Part shown: piece after piece, positions 9,283-19,261 of the stretch | Position numbering within the stretch: position 1 is the stretch's first letter | How the letters are laid out: every line of letters begins with the position of its first letter | Assembly (NCBI RefSeq): GCF_000091665.1 | Contig: NC_000909.1 | Coordinates: 1,130,960 to 1,162,959 of the forward strand | DNA length: 32,000 bases | DNA from: Methanocaldococcus jannaschii DSM 2661 | GTDB taxonomy: Archaea; AGJL01; Methanococci; Methanococcales; Methanocaldococcaceae | Direction: 5' to 3' | Translations under genes and position numbers: made by a program | The notes under the pieces: model-generated | What the model saw: the letters and a program-made list of their open reading frames with translations, nothing else | What the model was told of the DNA's origin: nothing | The model's database searches: none

Positions 9283-11145
9283 ATGAAGATGCTACTAATC
9301 CATTCTGATTACTTAGAGTTTGAAGCTAAAGAAAAAACCAAGATTGCAGAGGAAACAGAAAACTTAAAAGGTAAGTTGGATGAGTGTTTAGCCTGCTTTA
9401 TTGCAGTTGAAAGAGAAGATGAAAACAATCCAGAAGGAACTGCAATAGGAGCAGTTGAAGAGATTGAGAAAGTTGCTAATCAATTAAAGGTCAATAATAT
9501 TGTTGTTTATCCTTATGCACATCTATCAAGTGATTTATCCTCACCAGAAACAGCAGTTAAGGTTTTAAAAGACATTGAGAGTATTTTAAAAGAGAGAGGT
9601 TATAATGTCTTAAGAGCACCATTTGGATGGTATAAGGCATTTAAAATCAGCTGTAAAGGACATCCTTTGAGTGAGTTGTCAAGAAAGATTGTAGCTAAGG
9701 AAGAAAAGAAAGAAGAAGGAGAAGAATCAAAATTCTACTTATTAAACCCAGAAACAGAGGAAATTATTGAATTGAATGAAAACAACATAAATATAATTAA
9801 AGATGAAGAGTTGTTAGCTTTAGCTAAACATGAATTGGGAATTAGAGAGCATAAAGAACATGATGAACCTCCTCATGTAAAGTTTATTAAAGAAAAGGAT
9901 ATCTGCAGTTATGAGGAAGCATCAGACCCTGGACATTTCAGATGGTATCCAAAGGGCAAGTTGATGAGAGATTTGTTAGCTGATTATGTTTATAACTTAG
10001 TTGTCAATATGGGAGCTATGCCAGTAGAAACACCAATTATGTATGATTTAGGAAACCCTGCTATTAGGGAACATGCTGATAAATTTGGAGAGAGGCAGTA
10101 TAGGTTTAGACAAGGAAATAAAGAGCTAATGCTAAGATTTGCAGCATGCTTTGGGCAGTTTATGATGAAAAAGGATATGTATCTATTGCCAAGATATTTG
10201 CCATTAAAACTCTATGAATTATCAACATACAGCTTTAGATATGAGCAGAGGGGGGAGTTGGTTGGTTTAAAGAGATTGAGATGCTTTACAATGCCTGATA
10301 TGCATACTGTCTGCTTAAACTTAGAGCAAGCAATGGAAGAGTTTGAAAAACAGTTCTGGGAATGTTTAAAAACTGGGGATGATTTAAATCTAAGCTATTC
10401 AGTAATATTTAGATTCACAAAGGACTTCTTTGATGAGCATAGGGATTGGTTCTTTAAAATAGCAAAGGAATATAAGAACAAATATGGGAAAGATGTAATT
10501 TTAGAGATTTTACCAAAAAGAAAACACTATTGGGTTGGTAAGGTAGATATTGCTGTAATAGACAGCTTAGGAAGACCTATTGAGAACCCAACCGTGCAAA
10601 TAGATGTTGAGAGTGCTAAGAGATTTGATATAAAAGTGCATACAAATGAAGGAGAGATTTATCCAATAATATTGCACTGCTCACCAACTGGTTCAATTGA
10701 GAGGGTTTTGTGTGGTTTGTTGGAAAAAGCTGCTATAGAGGCTGAAAAAGGAAATGCTCCAATGTTGCCTGTTTGGCTCTCTCCGATACAAGTTAGAGTT
10801 ATTCCAGTGGCTGAAAGACATTATGACTATGCTTTAAAAGTAGCTGAGAAGTTGAGAGAAAACAACATTAGGGCAGATTTTGATGATAGAGAAGAAAGTG
10901 TAAGCAAAAAGATTAGAAATGCAGGAAAAGAATGGGTTCCTTACGTTGTAGTTATTGGAGATGAGGAAATGGAATCTGACAAATTGACAGTTACTATTAG
11001 AGAAAAATCAACCTTAAAGAAACCATATAAGGAGAAGATGACATTAGATGAGTTGATTGAAAGGATTAAAAAAGAAACTGCTAACTACCCATATAGGCCT
11101 TTACCATTGCCAATAAGATGCTCATTACAGCCAAAGTTCCATTAA
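9283..11145 (+). CDS. thrS: Threonyl-tRNA synthetase (archaeal type with N-terminal editing domain)
   Basis: The ORF is open from TTG 9271, but ATG 9283 ([10 protein letters not shown]...) lies after a GAGGGA SD. It has a class II core ([32 protein letters not shown]) and a C-terminal anticodon-binding domain ([22 protein letters not shown]). Confidence 0.85.
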   Translation: MKMLLIHSDYLEFEAKEKTKIAEETENLKGKLDECLACFIAVEREDENNPEGTAIGAVEEIEKVANQLKVNNIVVYPYAHLSSDLSSPETAVKVLKDIESILKERGYNVLRAPFGWYKAFKISCKGHPLSELSRKIVAKEEKKEEGEESKFYLLNPETEEIIELNENNINIIKDEELLALAKHELGIREHKEHDEPPHVKFIKEKDICSYEEASDPGHFRWYPKGKLMRDLLADYVYNLVVNMGAMPVETPIMYDLGNPAIREHADKFGERQYRFRQGNKELMLRFAACFGQFMMKKDMYLLPRYLPLKLYELSTYSFRYEQRGELVGLKRLRCFTMPDMHTVCLNLEQAMEEFEKQFWECLKTGDDLNLSYSVIFRFTKDFFDEHRDWFFKIAKEYKNKYGKDVILEILPKRKHYWVGKVDIAVIDSLGRPIENPTVQIDVESAKRFDIKVHTNEGEIYPIILHCSPTGSIERVLCGLLEKAAIEAEKGNAPMLPVWLSPIQVRVIPVAERHYDYALKVAEKLRENNIRADFDDREESVSKKIRNAGKEWVPYVVVIGDEEMESDKLTVTIREKSTLKKPYKEKMTLDELIERIKKETANYPYRPLPLPIRCSLQPKFH

Positions 11146-11360
11146 AAATTTTTTATAGCTATACTAAATATTCTTCTTATTGTTTTTATCACATGCATGA
11201 AAAACTATATAAATAACAATTGATATTTTATTTTTAAATAACTATTTGCTGTCTATTTTCTATATAATAAATCATATAAAAATATCATCCATTATATTAA
11301 CTTAAATAAATGTTAGTAATTTAAAGCCAAGGTCTTTTTTACAATTATCTGGGGGAGAAC

Positions 11361-13646
11361 ATGATAGTAAAGTGTCCAATTTGTGATGGAACAGGAAAGA
11401 AAGTAGTTAAATACAAAACATGCCCTGTATGTGAGGGAACTGGATTTATAGATGAATTTTCACCAAAGCAACACATGAAAAGAGTTTCTAAGAGAGCAAC
11501 TTATGACTTAGATTATGGAGAAATTCCCTGCCCTAAATGTAAAGGGACAGGAAAAGTTCCAGTTTATGCAAAATGTGATTTTTGTGGTGGAAGTGGAAAG
11601 GTAGTTAAATGTGATAGATGCGGAGCTATAATTGGTAAATATCCTGACTTTAAAGATAGGACATTGTGTGATAAATGTCTAAAAGAAGAGGAAGAGAGAA
11701 AGAAAGGGCTTAGAAATGTATATGTGTTTGATGAATTGGCAACATTCTATGATGTTGAGCCAGGTAAATTTTACAAAGGAGTAGTTACAAGAATTGAGAA
11801 GTATGGAGCTTTTATCAATTTAAATGAACAAGTTAGAGGGCTTTTAAGACCAAGAGACATGATAAGCTTAAGATTGGAGAATTTAAATGTTGGTGATGAA
11901 ATCATAGTTCAAGCAATAGATGTAAGACCAGAAAAGAGAGAGATTGACTTTAAATACATCCCACTAACAACCTATGATTTAGTTAAATATGAAAAAGAAG
12001 TTCCATTGTCTCAGATAAAGGACATATCCCAAAATTTAGTTGAGATGAGAGACCAGGTTGTGCATATAAGAGGAGAGGTTGTTCAGATTGTTCAGACACC
12101 AGGACCTACAGTATTCACCATAACAGATGGAACTGACTTTGCATGGGTAGCTGCTTTAGAAATAGCCGGTTTGAGAGCTCATCCGGATGTTAAAGTTGGA
12201 GACATAGTTGATGTTATTGGTAGAGTAACAATAAGGGATGGAAGATTACAGATTGAAAGGATAAAGCTTCAAAAATTGGAAGGAGATGAGGCAGAGGAAA
12301 TTAGGAAAAAAATAGAGGAAGAAATTGATAGAAGGGCAGAGCCAGCTAAGGATATTCCATTCTTAGTTAAGAGTGAAGTTTTAGAGAGATTGAGACCAAA
12401 AATGGCGGATGTTGCTAAGAGAATTAGGAAGGCAGTTTTAGACGGAAGACCAATAATTATTAGACATCATGCAGATACAGATGGTTATTGTGGAGGAATT
12501 GCTTTAGAAAAGGCAATATTACCAATAATTGATAAATTTGCCATAGACGTTGATGCAATATGGCACTTCTTTAAAAGGAGGCCGTCAAAAGCACCATTCT
12601 ATGAATTAGAAGATGTAACAAAGGATTTGGTATTCTCTATAGAAGATGCCTTGAAATTTGGTCAGAAACTACCTTTGATTGTATTGATTGATAATGGAAG
12701 TACTGATGAAGATATTCCAGCCATATCCAAAGCTAAAGCTTATGGTATAGAGGTTATTGTAATAGACCACCACTTCCCTGGAGAGGTTGTTGATGGAAAA
12801 GTTGAGGTTGATGACTACGTAGATGCTCATGTCAATCCATACTTAGTTGGAGGAGATAGCAATTTAACCGCTGGAGTATTAGGAACTGAAATAGCGAGGA
12901 TGATTAATCCAGATGTTGAGGATGAGATAAAGCATATTCCAGGAATAGCAGTTGTTGGAGACCATGCTAAAGGAGAGGAAGCGGAACAGTATGTAAAAAT
13001 AGCCCTTGACAGATTGAATGAATTGAGTAAAAAATACGGTAAAGGAAGAACTTACGATAGAGAGTATTTGGAGAAAATAGCCCTATGTATGGATTTTGAG
13101 GCGTTCTACTTAAGATTCATGGATGGTAAGGGAATTGTTGATGATATATTAGCAACAAACATAAAAGAGTTTGGAAGACATGAAGAACTTATAGACATAT
13201 TGTATGAGCAGGCAATGAAGATGGTTGAAAGACAGATGAAGGCAGTAATTCCAGCTTTAAAAACAGAATTCTTAGAGAATGGAATTATATTAAATACATT
13301 AGATGTTGAGAAATATGCCCACAAATTTACCTTCCCAGCTCCAGGAAAAACAACTGGATTTGCTCATGACTATATAGTTCAAAAATATGGTGAGGATAAG
13401 CCAATCATAACTCTCTCCTATGGCCCTGACTTTGGAGTTGTTAGAGCTACAGATGCAGTTCATGAAAAATACAATTTCAACTTAAACTTAATAGTTGAGC
13501 AATTAATGGAGGAGATTCCTGAGGCATCTTTGGATGGAGGAGGTCATGAGTGTGCAGGTAGCTTGAAGTTTGTTGAGGGGTTAAGAGATAAAGTAATTGG
13601 TAGATTTATTGAAATCATCAAAAATATGAAGCCAAAAGAGCAATAA
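11361..13646 (+). CDS. Archaeal RecJ-like DHH phosphoesterase with an N-terminal DnaJ-type zinc-finger repeat, S1 domain and OB fold
   Basis: 761-aa ORF. It carries four CxxCxGxG-type repeats (CPICDGTG, CPVCEGTG, CPKCKGTG, CDFCGGSG) and an S1-like segment (GKFYKGVVTRIEKYGAFINL). DHH motifs are HHADTDGYCG, LIDNG and VIDHHFP, and the DHHA1 motif is LDGGGHECAGS. Confidence 0.8.
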   Translation: MIVKCPICDGTGKKVVKYKTCPVCEGTGFIDEFSPKQHMKRVSKRATYDLDYGEIPCPKCKGTGKVPVYAKCDFCGGSGKVVKCDRCGAIIGKYPDFKDRTLCDKCLKEEEERKKGLRNVYVFDELATFYDVEPGKFYKGVVTRIEKYGAFINLNEQVRGLLRPRDMISLRLENLNVGDEIIVQAIDVRPEKREIDFKYIPLTTYDLVKYEKEVPLSQIKDISQNLVEMRDQVVHIRGEVVQIVQTPGPTVFTITDGTDFAWVAALEIAGLRAHPDVKVGDIVDVIGRVTIRDGRLQIERIKLQKLEGDEAEEIRKKIEEEIDRRAEPAKDIPFLVKSEVLERLRPKMADVAKRIRKAVLDGRPIIIRHHADTDGYCGGIALEKAILPIIDKFAIDVDAIWHFFKRRPSKAPFYELEDVTKDLVFSIEDALKFGQKLPLIVLIDNGSTDEDIPAISKAKAYGIEVIVIDHHFPGEVVDGKVEVDDYVDAHVNPYLVGGDSNLTAGVLGTEIARMINPDVEDEIKHIPGIAVVGDHAKGEEAEQYVKIALDRLNELSKKYGKGRTYDREYLEKIALCMDFEAFYLRFMDGKGIVDDILATNIKEFGRHEELIDILYEQAMKMVERQMKAVIPALKTEFLENGIILNTLDVEKYAHKFTFPAPGKTTGFAHDYIVQKYGEDKPIITLSYGPDFGVVRATDAVHEKYNFNLNLIVEQLMEEIPEASLDGGGHECAGSLKFVEGLRDKVIGRFIEIIKNMKPKEQ

Positions 13647-13665
13647 AAAATAATAAATAATTTTT

Positions 13666-14106
13666 TTAGATTTTTTTGCTCATCTCATATAAGAAGATAG
13701 CTAAATTACCTAAAGCTCCAATCTCATTTTCTACTATATATCTCCCTAAACCTTTCTCTAACTCTAATTTTGTGAAACCGGTTGAAGCTCCACAGAAAAC
13801 AACCAAATCATTTTCTCCAACTTCATTAAAATCTACCTTCTCATCACAGATACTTTTATTTCCAATTAAAAACACTTTCTCAGGTCTTAAAACTTCTATA
13901 GCATCATCTAACTCTTCAAAGAATAAAACATTCTTTCCTAATTTGTATGCCATTTTATGTAGTGTTGGAATTCCACTCTGAGCAGCTGATGCAGTTGCCT
14001 TTGTTACAACTATTGTGTTGATATCAAATCCATAAGCGATTCTTCCAAACTCTTCTACTTGCTTAGCACTGTATGTGTTATGCAAACAAATAAACATTTT
14101 TCTCAC
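13666..14106 (-). CDS. Conserved hypothetical protein, possibly SPOUT-like fold
   Basis: 146-aa ORF with good coding character. The C-terminal pattern VVFCGASTGF...IGALGNLAIFLYE is reminiscent of a SPOUT knot region, but this is weak by-eye evidence only. Confidence 0.45.
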   Translation of the reverse strand: MRKMFICLHNTYSAKQVEEFGRIAYGFDINTIVVTKATASAAQSGIPTLHKMAYKLGKNVLFFEELDDAIEVLRPEKVFLIGNKSICDEKVDFNEVGENDLVVFCGASTGFTKLELEKGLGRYIVENEIGALGNLAIFLYEMSKKI

Positions 14107-14147
14107 CTTTTTAGTTTTTTGTATTTTTTTATTTATTTTTCATTTTT

Positions 14148-15248
14148 TTATTTTAAGTTTTCTTTAATCACCCTGGCTATAGCTCTACTTAAAGCCACAG
14201 GAACACTTTCCCCAATCTGATTATAACAGCTTCTTATACCTCCAGCGAATAGATGGTAATCAGGATAACTCATCAACCTTGCCTGTTCTCTTGGTGTCAA
14301 TAATCTATCTTCATAAGGGTGGATAAAGAACCTCTTACCCATAACTGTCTCAGCTAATTTAAGTGGATGCAACCTTATATAATTCCCCAACCTTCTATTG
14401 GCTCCTTTGAAATAGATAAATGCATCTCCCCAACCTAATTTATGGACTCTCTTCCTAAACCTTGCAGGTAGAGCGGCGAATTCATGATTTGGGACATCTC
14501 TACCTTTATACATTAAATCTCCTATTGCCTCAATAACAGTTTTTGGCTGAGTTTTTTCTGGGTTAATTTCTATGTTTGAAACAAAAACTCTTCTTCTAAC
14601 AGATGGATTTCCGTAATCTTCAGCTCTTAAAGTGTTGAAATAAACGTCCTCATAACCAATTTCTCTAAACTCTTTTATTATTGCCCCTCTAACTTCTTTA
14701 ATACCAGGAACATTTTCCATAACAAATATTTTTGGTTGTAAATCTCCAACAATCCTTATATATTCTAAAACTAATCTTCCAGTTTCGTCTTTATACAATC
14801 TATCATAAGGATTTTTCTCTCTCTTTGGATTAGCTCCTGTATAACCTTCACAGGGAGGACCGCCAATAATAACATCTACTTTTTTATTTTTGATGAACTT
14901 TTCTATCTCAATTGCATGAATTTCTCTAATATCATCATTAATAACAACAGGACTTAATTTTTTGGTTTTTTCATTTAGTGTTCCCAGTCTTTTTAGCCAC
15001 TTTATATCTTCCTCTTCAAAAGGAAATTTGAATGGGTAGATTCCAACATAGCCCTTTAATTCTTTCAATTTGAATTCTCCAGGTCTTATTTTTTCATATA
15101 TTTGACCATTAAAATTTAATGCATAAGAAAAAGCGGCATCTTCATTTAACTCTATAGCTACCAATGGCTCAAAACCCTCTTCCACGAACCCTCTTGAAAA
15201 TCCCCCACATCCACAAAATAAATCAATAAATTTCAACATTATCACCAA
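14148..15248 (-). CDS. DNA (cytosine-5)-methyltransferase, with no adjacent endonuclease
   Basis: 366-aa ORF carrying motif I LFCGCGGFS, motif IV GGPPCEGYT, motif VI FVMENVPG, motif VIII PSVRRRVFV, motif IX LTPREQARLMSYPD and motif X QIGESVPVAL. The start is uncertain (TTG 15248, ATG 15239 or TTG 15236). Confidence 0.85.
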   Translation of the reverse strand: MVIMLKFIDLFCGCGGFSRGFVEEGFEPLVAIELNEDAAFSYALNFNGQIYEKIRPGEFKLKELKGYVGIYPFKFPFEEEDIKWLKRLGTLNEKTKKLSPVVINDDIREIHAIEIEKFIKNKKVDVIIGGPPCEGYTGANPKREKNPYDRLYKDETGRLVLEYIRIVGDLQPKIFVMENVPGIKEVRGAIIKEFREIGYEDVYFNTLRAEDYGNPSVRRRVFVSNIEINPEKTQPKTVIEAIGDLMYKGRDVPNHEFAALPARFRKRVHKLGWGDAFIYFKGANRRLGNYIRLHPLKLAETVMGKRFFIHPYEDRLLTPREQARLMSYPDYHLFAGGIRSCYNQIGESVPVALSRAIARVIKENLK

Positions 15249-15317
15249 AATAAAAGGTTATTTAAAAAATAAAATAAATTTAAAAATTTAAATTAAATAC
15301 CAAAAAAGCCAAATAAC

Positions 15318-15530
15318 TTATTGTGATTCTTGAGCTTTCTTTAACTCTGCCTTCATATCTTGATAGACTTTAGTCCATTTTAATTTTCTTGGATTTCTTC
15401 CCATTCTGTAGCTTTTCTCACATTTGGATGAGCAGAAATATAATACAGTCCCATCTTTTTCTACGACCATTTTTCCTTTTCCTGGCTCAATTTCATAACC
15501 ACAAAAGCTGCATGTTCTCCATTCTGGCAT
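15318..15530 (-). CDS. rpl24e: 50S ribosomal protein L24e
   Basis: 70-aa ORF with the zinc ribbon [13 protein letters not shown]...CSSKC, characteristic of L24e. Confidence 0.9.
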   Translation of the reverse strand: MPEWRTCSFCGYEIEPGKGKMVVEKDGTVLYFCSSKCEKSYRMGRNPRKLKWTKVYQDMKAELKKAQESQ

Positions 15531-15587
15531 AGCTATCCCCCTTTAATAGTGTTTCAGTGATTTTAAAATAATTTAAGATTAAATTAT

Positions 15588-15824
15588 TTATCTTCTTCTG
15601 TCTAATGGTCTTGCTTCTCTCTCTGTTTCTCTTAACATAATAATGTCTCCAACTTTAACTGGACCTTTAACGTTTCTAACTAAAACTCTTCCAGTATCTT
15701 TTCCACCTAAGATTTTACATCTAACTTGTATAATTCCTCCAGTAACCCCTGTTCTACCAATGACTTCAATAACTTCAGCAGCTACTGCTTCCTTATAAAC
15801 AAATTCATCTTCCATCCTCATCAC
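15588..15824 (-). CDS. rps28e: 30S ribosomal protein S28e
   Basis: 78-aa ORF containing [19 protein letters not shown]...[24 protein letters not shown], typical of S28e. The exact start among the three N-terminal Met codons is uncertain. Confidence 0.9.
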   Translation of the reverse strand: MMRMEDEFVYKEAVAAEVIEVIGRTGVTGGIIQVRCKILGGKDTGRVLVRNVKGPVKVGDIIMLRETEREARPLDRRR

Positions 15825-15935
15825 CTAATATTAATGAAGGTTTAAAATTTATAAAAAAGTTAGTAGTAGTGTTTCATAATTTATATAATAATAACTATAT
15901 ACTATTGATTGATGGTTAAATAGCGTTCTAATAAT

Positions 15936-16289
15936 TTACTGCTTCAAAACATTTACCTTTTCAATTAATACCTTTAACTCTTCAGCATCTCCTTCGTTGA
16001 TGATAGCAACTGATGATGCAGCAACTTCCAATCCAGCAGCCTTACCTAAATCCTGCTTTGAAGCTACGTAAGCGTAAGGAATTCCTTTCTCTTCACATAA
16101 GTATGGGAGGTGAGCAACAACTTCTTCTGGTTTAACATCTTCAGCAATGATAACTAATTTTGCGATACCTCTTTCAACTGCCTTTGTAACTTCGTTAGCT
16201 CCTTTTTTGATTTTTTGTGCTTTTGCAACTGCATCTAATAGCTCTTTTTGAATTTCTTCTGGAACTTTAAATTTTACATAAACTGCCAT
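15936..16289 (-). CDS. rpl7ae: 50S ribosomal protein L7Ae (k-turn binding protein)
   Basis: The ORF is open from TTG 16298, but ATG 16289 gives [52 protein letters not shown]..., the recognisable L7Ae sequence. A GGAGG SD sits 9 nt upstream of that ATG. Confidence 0.95.
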
Positions 16290-16350
16290 GTCTTTCAACC
16301 TCCTTCATCTCTTTGCTAAAAAATGGGCAATCCGGAGGGAATTGCCCACT
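16290..16350 (-). promoter_or_regulatory. Structured rpl7ae leader: 8-bp hairpin plus U6, an anti-SD loop and a GAUGA element next to the SD
   Basis: The minus strand reads GUGGGCAAU-UCCCUCCGG-AUUGCCCA-UUUUUU-AGCAAAGAGAUGAAGGAGGUUGAAAGAC-AUG. The hairpin is at 16324-16348, the U6 run at 16318-16323 and the SD GGAGG at 16299-16303. Confidence 0.4.
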
Positions 16351-16517
16351 CCTACAGGGCTTTTGCACTTGTTGATATTTATAAGGAATTTTGCATCTAT
16401 AAGGTGCATATTTTTATATAAGAAATATTTTCCTGCAAAAGCCCTGTAGTTATCATCGTGGCTTAGAATAGGTATAACAACATATTGACTTTTAGTATAT
16501 AAAACTTTTGGGTAAGT

Positions 16518-17384
16518 TTATAAAATCCTCTCAATAGGCACCACCAATATATCTCTCGCTCCTAAAGCATGAAGCTTAGGAACTAAGGTAAATATCTCAT
16601 CCTCATTAACAACGGCATGAATAGCTACCATATTATCGTCAGATAAAACCTTAGAAACTGTTGGACCAGCCATTCCTGGAATTAATTTTCTAATCTCTTC
16701 GACTTTATCCTTTGGGGCATTCATCATAATTAATCTTTTTGTTTCAGCAAATAAAACACTTTTTATGGCAATAACTATTTGATTTATTTTTTCTCTTTTC
16801 TCTTTATCTTTTAAGCTGTTTTTGTTTGCTATTAATCTTGTAGTTGATGAGACAATTTCATCTATAACTTTTAACCTATTCAACCTTAAAGTTGTTCCTG
16901 TAGATGTTAAATCACTAATTAAATCAGCTATTCCTATGAATGGAGCTATCTCTGTTGCTCCACTAAGTTCAATAATCTCAACTTTCTTATTTAATTTTTC
17001 AAAGTATTTTTTTGTTAGGTTTGGGAATTCTGTTGCTACTCTCATCCCTTCTTTTATATCGTCTATGCTGTTTATATTTGAGCTCTCTGGAGCGGCTAAA
17101 ACCAGTTTTGCAAATCCAAAACCAAAATCTAATAGGAAATCAACTTTATCTTCAACATTTCTCTCTAAAACTAAATCATAGCCAGTTACTCCTATATCTG
17201 CAACACCATCAGCCACAAACTCCGGAATATCTCTTGCTCTTGCAAACATTACTTTGATGTTGTCATCTACAGTGTTAGCAAATAAACTTCTTCCCTTAAC
17301 TGTAATCTTTAATCCTGCCTTCTCTAAAACTTTCATTACTGGCTCTGAAATCCTCCCTTTATTTGGTAATGCAAACATTATCAT
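16518..17384 (-). CDS. hisG: ATP phosphoribosyltransferase (long form)
   Basis: 288-aa ORF. The N-terminal [12 protein letters not shown] motif and overall HisG architecture, including the C-terminal regulatory domain, support the call. Confidence 0.88.
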   Translation of the reverse strand: MIMFALPNKGRISEPVMKVLEKAGLKITVKGRSLFANTVDDNIKVMFARARDIPEFVADGVADIGVTGYDLVLERNVEDKVDFLLDFGFGFAKLVLAAPESSNINSIDDIKEGMRVATEFPNLTKKYFEKLNKKVEIIELSGATEIAPFIGIADLISDLTSTGTTLRLNRLKVIDEIVSSTTRLIANKNSLKDKEKREKINQIVIAIKSVLFAETKRLIMMNAPKDKVEEIRKLIPGMAGPTVSKVLSDDNMVAIHAVVNEDEIFTLVPKLHALGARDILVVPIERIL

Positions 17385-17405
17385 CTTCTCACGTAATTAT
17401 TATAT

Positions 17406-17717
17406 TCATGTATTTGTATTTTTTATTTTGCATCTCTTTCGTTGAATTTCTTTTTTTATTTTTTCTCCACTGACTCTAAGTAAGTTTGATACGCTTCTTG
17501 GGATTTTCCCATTATCAGATAAAATTTTTGCTATAATACTTGAAAGTAAAAAGATGGTATATATATGCTCTGCCTTTGTTCTGTGAATATGATGGGGATA
17601 GATATTTAACTCATCATACTCTTTAAATTCGTTATTGTCGCAATTATATTTTTTTTCGATATATTTTCTTAAATAGATAAGGAGTTGGTGTAATTGAATC
17701 AGCTCATCTTTATGCAT
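17406..17717 (-). CDS. Small conserved hypothetical protein (UPF0058-like by recollection)
   Basis: 103-aa ORF that overlaps the dnaG stop by 8 nt, suggesting translational coupling. No catalytic motif was recognised. Confidence 0.55.
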   Translation of the reverse strand: MHKDELIQLHQLLIYLRKYIEKKYNCDNNEFKEYDELNIYPHHIHRTKAEHIYTIFLLSSIIAKILSDNGKIPRSVSNLLRVSGEKIKKEIQRKRCKIKNTNT

Positions 17718-18984
17718 TTAAATCACCGAAAGTGATGAGTGTTAAATTAACTGGCTTTTTTATGATTTTTGCATCTTTACAGAAAATTAAATTTGTCTTT
17801 TCATATAAGATGTCTATAAGTTTTTGAGTAACTGTCCCATTAATTATAATTGCGTCAATAGATTTATAGTTATCTGTATTATTAATTAACTCCTCAATAC
17901 TAACAATTTCCTCTTTATCCCCATTAATAATTAACACTTTAGAATCTTCTAATTCAATAAGTTTTTCATAAAACTTTCGGTATTTGTTATATTTAGGTGG
18001 TAGTTCTTCATTATTAGATGGATTACACTCAACACTTGAAACTTCCACATCATCATTAGATGTTATACTTATTTCAGGTTTTATTTCTGGTATTGTTTGA
18101 ATCCCCATATTTCTAATTTCATCTTTACATACTTTTTCATCAATTTTTTGTTTATCCTTTAATATTTGAGCCAATATATGCTCAGCAGGGATTTTACTTC
18201 TTAAACATTTCATAATTTCTTTTTTAGATAACTCTTCAACTTCCTTTCCTGGTGGAGCTCTTGCCACAAAATCAACATCACAAACTTGTAGTAACTCTTT
18301 TAAAATCAGTTCTCCTCCTCTATCTCCATCTGTAAAGACAGTTACTATCTTTTTCTTACTAAGCTCTATGATAGTTTTAGGGACAGAGGTTCCTTCAACA
18401 GCTATCACATTCTTAATGCCACACCTCAATAAGTTTAAAACATCTGCCCTTCCCTCAACAACTATAATATCGTCTGAACTATCTACTGCAGGACCTGCTG
18501 GCAATCTCTCAGGGCCATATTCAATAATTTCTCCCATTCTTACACTTTCTTTGACTTCTTCAATAATTGTATTCACATCTATGTTGCTCATCAACTGCTT
18601 CAATATTTCCTTAGCTCTTTCAACTATGTATTCTCTCTTCTTTTTCCTAATGTCCTCAATATCTATTACTTTAACTGTTGCTACACATGGTCCTACTCTA
18701 TCAATTGTTTCTAAAGTGGCAGCTAATATAGAGGTTTCAATCCTATCCAAACTTGATGGGACTGTTATTTTGGCTATTGACTTTCCATTAATATTGGTTA
18801 GCTCTACATCTATCCTTCCAACTCTTCCCGTTTTTTGTAGTTCTCTCAAATCTAACTCATCCCCTAACAACCCTTCCGTCTGCCCAAATATTGCTCCAAT
18901 AACATCATGTTTTTCAACATAACCATCAGCAATGAGTTCTGCATAAATGATATACTTAGTAGTTCCTAAATCCATAATAATCAC
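17710..18984 (-). CDS. dnaG: Archaeal DnaG-type primase (TOPRIM domain protein)
   Basis: 424-aa ORF with the TOPRIM signature IIVVEGRADVLNLLRCGIKNVIAVEGT and TDGDRGGE. Confidence 0.85.
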   Translation of the reverse strand: MIIMDLGTTKYIIYAELIADGYVEKHDVIGAIFGQTEGLLGDELDLRELQKTGRVGRIDVELTNINGKSIAKITVPSSLDRIETSILAATLETIDRVGPCVATVKVIDIEDIRKKKREYIVERAKEILKQLMSNIDVNTIIEEVKESVRMGEIIEYGPERLPAGPAVDSSDDIIVVEGRADVLNLLRCGIKNVIAVEGTSVPKTIIELSKKKIVTVFTDGDRGGELILKELLQVCDVDFVARAPPGKEVEELSKKEIMKCLRSKIPAEHILAQILKDKQKIDEKVCKDEIRNMGIQTIPEIKPEISITSNDDVEVSSVECNPSNNEELPPKYNKYRKFYEKLIELEDSKVLIINGDKEEIVSIEELINNTDNYKSIDAIIINGTVTQKLIDILYEKTNLIFCKDAKIIKKPVNLTLITFGDLNA

Positions 18985-19134
18985 CAGTAAAATTCTACCA
19001 GTCTCATGAGTGAGAGTAATCTCACAATATCTAACATAATCTAATAAAACAAATCAAAGTATAAAAAATTATTTTTATTTTGACGCCTATTCTTATAATT
19101 CAAGACATTAATTAAAATATTTAATACAATAAAA

Positions 19135-19151
19135 CCGAAAAGTATTTATAG
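19135..19151 (+). promoter_or_regulatory. Putative archaeal BRE/TATA promoter for the tRNA-Gly pair
   Basis: ccgaaaag-TATTTATA (TATA at 19143-19150) ends 36 nt upstream of the first tRNA. This implies a short leader if transcription starts about 25 nt downstream. Confidence 0.45.
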
Positions 19152-19185
19152 TAGTTCTGAGTATGTTATTGTTGCTTGCAATGGA

Positions 19186-19261
19186 GCGGCCTTGGTGTAG
19201 CCTGGTAACACACGGGCCTGCCACGCCCGGACCCCGGGTTCAAATCCCGGAGGCCGCACCA
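19186..19261 (+). tRNA. tRNA-Gly (anticodon GCC), CCA encoded
   Basis: Acceptor stem GCGGCCU/AGGCCGC, D arm GUGUAGCCUGGUAACAC, anticodon arm CGGGC-CUGCCAC-GCCCG and T arm CCGGG-UUCAAAU-CCCGG, followed by A-CCA. Confidence 0.9.

Noticed and set aside
11146-11360. Long AT-rich intergenic region upstream of the RecJ-like gene, considered as a possible origin or ncRNA.
   Set aside because: I found no repeated ORB-like motifs, no strong secondary structure and no GC-rich island. It is most simply a promoter region.
16450-16470. Possible box C (minus strand cgAUGAUAac) suggesting a C/D sRNA upstream of rpl7ae.
   Set aside because: The sequence deviates from RUGAUGA. No D, D' or C' boxes were found at the expected spacing.
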